From NCBI GenBank assembly GCA_038044925.1, contig JBBSZC010000007.1:1-27474 (forward strand): a stretch of DNA of 27,474 bases. Reading direction: 5' to 3'. The position numbers and the translations under genes were made by a program. The notes beneath the pieces were generated by a model. The model saw nothing but the letters and a program-made list of their open reading frames with translations, did not search any database and was not told the DNA's origin. Every line of letters begins with the position of its first letter. The stretch's first letter is position 1. Positions 24,055-27,474 of the stretch are shown piece by piece. The DNA is from Nanobdellota archaeon. Its GTDB lineage: Archaea; Nanobdellota; Nanobdellia; Pacearchaeales; GW2011-AR1.

Positions 24055-25103
24055 TTAATTATTTTTAATACCTCTCTTATTATTATTTCATCCTCATTTG
24101 CTGATTTGACATAGATTTTAACTTTAGAGGAGCTTGAAGATATTAGTCCTTTGTTTTTCTCGTTTTTATTTTTATCTAATTTTATTCCTAAAAAATCCAG
24201 ATGTTCACAGATATCTCTTCTTAGTCTTGGAGCATTTTCTCCTATTGCTCCTGTGAAGATTAGATTATTTAAGCCGTCTAAAACAGCGGTGTAAGCACCA
24301 ATGTATTTTATTATTCTGTAAACGAACATATCATAAGCAAGTTTTGCTTCTTTATTTTTTATGTTTTTTAAAATGTCTCTGAAATCCGAATATTTTTGGT
24401 TAGTTATACCTTTTATTCCTGATTTAATATTAAGAATTTTATCTGTATCATATCCTTTTTTTTCAAGGAATAGAACTATTCCTGGATCAAGGTCCCCACT
24501 CCTGGTACACATCATTAGTCCTTCTAATGGAGTTAAACCCATTGAAGTGTCTATTGGCTTATTATTTTTTATTGCAGTCATGCTCGCGCCTCTTCCTAGA
24601 TGGCAAGTTATTGTTTTTCCCTTTAATCCCCTTGAAACTGATTCATGAGAAAGTCCATGAAAGCCGTATTTTCTTATGTGATATTTTTTTGAAAGCTCTT
24701 TAGGAATTGGATAAAGTTTAGTTATTTCTGGAAGTTTTATAAAAAAACTAGTATCAAAAACAGCGAATTGAGGTTTTTTGAATTTCTCTGCAAGGTTTAT
24801 TATCATTAATTCTCTGGAATTATGCAAAGGAGCGAATTTAGAAAAATCTCTTATTTTTTCTTTTACCTTTTTATCTATTTTTACAGGGCTTTTCATATTT
24901 CCTCCATGAACAACCCTGTGCGCTATAATATCAAAACCAACTTTTTTACTCAATTCATTGCTTATTTTTTCAAAGGATTTTTCATAATCTTCTTTGCTTT
25001 TCAATTTTTCATATTTTCCTTCTAAAATTTTTTCCCTATTTTCAAAGAGGCTAAATTTTATTGTAGAGCTTCCAACATTAAAAACAAGTATTTTTTTCAC
25101 CAT
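24051..25103 (-). CDS. ackA: Acetate kinase (compact, 350 aa)
   Basis: ILVFNVGSSTIKFSLF, HRVVHGG, FDTSFF, YGFHGLSHE, CHLGRGASMTAIKNNKPIDTSMGLTPLEGLMMCTRSGDLDPG and FTGAIGENAPRLR are the canonical acetate/propionate kinase blocks. Confidence 0.9.
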   Translation of the reverse strand: MVKKILVFNVGSSTIKFSLFENREKILEGKYEKLKSKEDYEKSFEKISNELSKKVGFDIIAHRVVHGGNMKSPVKIDKKVKEKIRDFSKFAPLHNSRELMIINLAEKFKKPQFAVFDTSFFIKLPEITKLYPIPKELSKKYHIRKYGFHGLSHESVSRGLKGKTITCHLGRGASMTAIKNNKPIDTSMGLTPLEGLMMCTRSGDLDPGIVLFLEKKGYDTDKILNIKSGIKGITNQKYSDFRDILKNIKNKEAKLAYDMFVYRIIKYIGAYTAVLDGLNNLIFTGAIGENAPRLRRDICEHLDFLGIKLDKNKNEKNKGLISSSSSKVKIYVKSANEDEIIIREVLKIIK

Positions 25104-25211
25104 CTTTATGTTATTAGATTTTAGAAGTATAAAAATTTATGTAAAAAGGTTTAAAAATATAGATTGTTTATTTTTAGAATGAAAGAGGTTTTGTAATTCT
25201 AAAGAGTAAAT

Positions 25212-26363
25212 ATGAATTATGATTTTGTTGTTTTTGGGGCTACAGGAATGCAGGGAAAAATAGCTAGTAAGGATTTATTAGAAAATAAATATAGCGTTTT
25301 AATGTGCGGAAGAGATAAATCTAGAATAACACATCTACTAAAAAAATATAAAAAAAGTTCTTTTAAATTTGTTGATGTTAGGGATGAAACTTTGGTAGTT
25401 GAGACAATAAAAAAATCAGGAGCAGATATTGTTATTAATTGTGTTGAAGGTGATTGGAATTTAAAAGTTTTAAAAGAATGTATTAGGGCTGATGTTAATT
25501 GCATAGATCTAGGTTCTGAGATTTGGATGACTAAGAGACAGCTAGCTTTGAATCCGATATTAAAAAAGAAAAATTTGATAAGTATTACTGGGATAGGTTC
25601 TGTTCCTGGAATTGGAAATATCATGTTGAGGTATGCTGCAAGAAAGTTTGATAAGATTAGTGATATAGAAGTTGGGTTTAGCTGGGATTCCAACATAAAA
25701 AAATTTGTTGTTCCTTTTTCTATAGAAAGCATTATAGAAGAGTTTACAGACCCGGCTCCTATTGTATCTAATAAACATTTTATAAAAAAAATGCCTTTAG
25801 ATTCTATAATTGAAGATTATCATAGAAGCATAGGAAAACAAAAAGAATTTTTTGTAAGACATCCAGAACAATTTACTTTTTTTCATTATTTTAAGGATCA
25901 TGGGGTAAAAAATATTAAATTCTATGCAGGATTTCCAGAACATTCGTTTAGAACAATAACTACGCTAATTGATATAGGTATGGGAAGTAAAAAAGATATA
26001 CTCTTTAATAACATTAAAATTAAACCAGTAAAATTTTTAACAGAGATTCTTAAGAAAATAGAATATCCTAAAGGATATAAGGAAAAAGAAAATTTATGGG
26101 TAAAAATTACTGGCGTAAAAAATAATAAACCTAAAAAAATATTAATGGAGTGTATTGTGCCTACTCTTAAAGGATGGGAGGATGCAGGATGTAATATAGA
26201 TACAGGAATGCCTGCAAGTATTCTCGCTCAAATGATAAAAAAAGGAGTAATAACCGAGAAGGGGAGTTTTGCTCCAGAAGGAGTTGTTCCCCCTGAACCC
26301 TTTTTTAAAGAACTTAGAAAAAGAAAAATGATAGTTCTCGAAAATGGAAAAGTGATTAATTAG
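25212..26363 (+). CDS. Saccharopine dehydrogenase-like NAD(P)-binding oxidoreductase
   Basis: N-terminal Rossmann motif VVFGATGMQGKIASKDLL. Length and the C-terminal domain (…GSFAPEGVVPPEPFFKEL) are typical of the Sacchrp_dh family. The substrate cannot be assigned. Confidence 0.7.
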   Translation: MNYDFVVFGATGMQGKIASKDLLENKYSVLMCGRDKSRITHLLKKYKKSSFKFVDVRDETLVVETIKKSGADIVINCVEGDWNLKVLKECIRADVNCIDLGSEIWMTKRQLALNPILKKKNLISITGIGSVPGIGNIMLRYAARKFDKISDIEVGFSWDSNIKKFVVPFSIESIIEEFTDPAPIVSNKHFIKKMPLDSIIEDYHRSIGKQKEFFVRHPEQFTFFHYFKDHGVKNIKFYAGFPEHSFRTITTLIDIGMGSKKDILFNNIKIKPVKFLTEILKKIEYPKGYKEKENLWVKITGVKNNKPKKILMECIVPTLKGWEDAGCNIDTGMPASILAQMIKKGVITEKGSFAPEGVVPPEPFFKELRKRKMIVLENGKVIN

Positions 26364-26425
26364 GGCTTATAGGATAAATATTTTTTTGAGATTTATTTAA
26401 CTGTGCTTTTCTTTTAAGAGTATGA

Positions 26426-26782
26426 CTAGTTGTATACTAAAACCTCTTTCTTTAGTTCTTTATGCCCTAAACCAATCGTTAAAGGAATTGGAATATTAAC
26501 CTCTTTGCCTTCTTTCTTGAAAGTTATCATAAGTAAAACATAAACATGATTTGTTTTATATGTAACTGACATCTTCATATTTTGAATATTTCCAAGCACA
26601 TCTTTAGAAACACCTAAATTTTCACTAGCATCCATTATTTCAATTCCAGAGATTAAATTATCATGACTGACATCTAAAATAAAATCTCCGATATCTAATG
26701 AGGCTTTTACCTTCTCGCCATTTGATATATAAAAAATATCATTCTCTGTGTCATAATCTATTGTTTTAATTTGTTTTGCCAT
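26426..26782 (-). CDS. DUF2283-family protein (putative antitoxin-like partner) with a C-terminal extension
   Basis: YDTENDIFYISNGEKVKASLDIGDFILDVSHDNLISGIEIMDAS matches the DUF2283 pattern (YD.e.D.ly i......... ....d.....vD.d..G.ivGIEil.as). Confidence 0.7.
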   Translation of the reverse strand: MAKQIKTIDYDTENDIFYISNGEKVKASLDIGDFILDVSHDNLISGIEIMDASENLGVSKDVLGNIQNMKMSVTYKTNHVYVLLMITFKKEGKEVNIPIPLTIGLGHKELKKEVLVYN

Positions 26783-27066
26783 TTTCTATCAGTATTCCAA
26801 GAACTTACAATTTTTAAAACCTTTGTAGTATTGAAAATTTCGACTATCAAAACTAATGAATACTTTCTGCTCATCTTAAACCAAAGTTTGAATCTTCATC
26901 CTTTCCCTTCCTCGATTTTTTCCAGTTTATTAAGTTGAGACAAAAAGCTCCTTGCTATGCTCTCGCTTATTGGTCTTTCTCCAGTTCTTTTGTAAAAATG
27001 AGGATCAAATGTAATATTCTCTTGATTTAATTCTTCAAGAAACTTTCTTACATCTTTTAATTCCAT
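26758..27066 (-). pseudogene. DUF4258-like putative toxin interrupted by an in-frame TGA (26896-26898)
   Basis: The ATG at 27064-27066 opens MELKDVRKFLEELNQENITFDPHFYKRTGERPISESIARSFLSQLNKLEKIEEGKG, which ends at TGA. The same frame continues RFKLWFKMSRKYSLVLIVEIFNTTKVLKIVSSWNTDRKWQNKLKQ to TAG at 26758-26760 and overlaps the DUF2283 start by 25 nt. The H-x-x-x-R-x-x-eR-x-IS helix followed by a beta-rich tail resembles DUF4258. Confidence 0.45.
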
Positions 27067-27243
27067 TAATTAGAAAAGAGTTTGGACGTTAAAAATTCTT
27101 TGTTTCTGGAGGGGTTGTCATCTTCAAGGAAATTCTTGTTCTTTCCTCTTTTTGTGTCCGTTAATCAATTTAAGTTGTTAGAATTTAATTAATTTTCTAT
27201 TCGTCTCGGATAAATACTTAAAGCTAAAATATTTTATTTGCCT

Positions 27244-27474
27244 ATGAAAAAAGAGCGTGTCGCAATTTTTATTGATGGCAGTAATTTCTATCACAGTTCA
27301 AAAAAATTAGATGTTATTGACAAAATTAACTTTCAGAAGCTGATTAATGAATTAGTTGGAGATAGGGAACTTACCAAAGTGTTTTATTATAATTCTCCGT
27401 TAGATATCAGTGTTAATCCTAAAATATATTGGAAACAGCAAAAATTCTTTGATATGCTAAGAAAAATTCCTAAA
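27244..27474 (+). CDS. NYN-domain (LabA/DUF88-like) protein, N-terminal part (3-prime end outside window)
   Basis: MKKERVAIFIDGSNFYHSSKKL...KVFYYNSP is the typical NYN/LabA N-terminus with the catalytic Asp in FIDGSN. The frame is open to the window end. Confidence 0.75.
   Translation, partial: MKKERVAIFIDGSNFYHSSKKLDVIDKINFQKLINELVGDRELTKVFYYNSPLDISVNPKIYWKQQKFFDMLRKIPK

Noticed and set aside
270-25778. Many 60-170-aa ORFs in the supplied track lie antisense to, or out of frame within, the large recognisable genes. Examples are 270-461, 1404-1667, 1999-2352, 7959-8150, 8178-8474, 10182-10376, 12435-12626, 13258-13476, 14128-14474, 14607-14795, 15101-15286, 16785-16976, 17066-17320, 17886-18110, 19218-19516, 21807-22016, 22914-23165, 24361-24648, 24822-25182, 25217-25732 and 25560-25778.
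   Set aside because: They are low-complexity, Phe/Leu/Ile/Ser-rich translations, which is the expected shadow of AT-rich coding sequence on the opposite strand. Each is fully contained in a gene with strong family motifs.
26896-26898. In-frame TGA as evidence for stop-codon reassignment (TGA read as an amino acid) or selenocysteine.
   Set aside because: TGA terminates several well-defined genes in this window at the positions expected from homologues (2230-2232, 3884-3886, 24051-24053). No SECIS-like context was seen. A pseudogene or truncated toxin is the simpler explanation.
1-27474. Searched for CRISPR arrays, tRNA or rRNA genes, transposases and IS elements.
   Set aside because: I noticed no regularly spaced direct repeats, no cloverleaf or T-loop signatures, no rRNA-like conserved blocks, and no transposase or integrase ORF. 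The intein is the only clear mobile element.

Overview
Strongly AT-rich, gene-dense window that is almost certainly from a small-genome (DPANN-like) archaeon; the taxon is an inference from gene content. The backbone is archaeal informational machinery: a CDC48 fragment, type-2 MetAP, family-B DNA polymerase, FEN1 with a C-terminal PIP box, RFC small and large subunits, a Trm5/Taw2-like methyltransferase, endonuclease III, and an L41e gene too short for the ORF track. Many genes have a TATA-like box about 25-30 nt upstream of the ATG and no Shine-Dalgarno sequence, which fits leaderless archaeal mRNAs. Genes of clearly bacterial type sit between these with the same composition. (1) A lipoprotein secretin (Secretin_N plus secretin core) is transcribed divergently from a signal-peptide-bearing mini OmpH/Skp-like protein. 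(2) A monotopic phosphoglycosyl transferase (Bac_transf/WbaP-PglC type) is fused to a ~475-aa N-terminal extension that contains an HTH. (3) An AckA-PduL acetate/ATP operon is present. The secretin/Skp-like pair is a hallmark of diderm-bacterial outer membranes with no described archaeal role, and it is the top candidate for a new system. Other notable items are a LAGLIDADG intein splitting the P-loop of a HerA/DUF87-like ATPase, an RsmF-type m5C methyltransferase split into two overlapping ORFs, a DUF4258-like toxin interrupted by an in-frame TGA next to an intact DUF2283 partner, ORFans embedded in replication gene clusters, and two candidate structured small RNAs. No tRNA, rRNA or CRISPR array was recognised.
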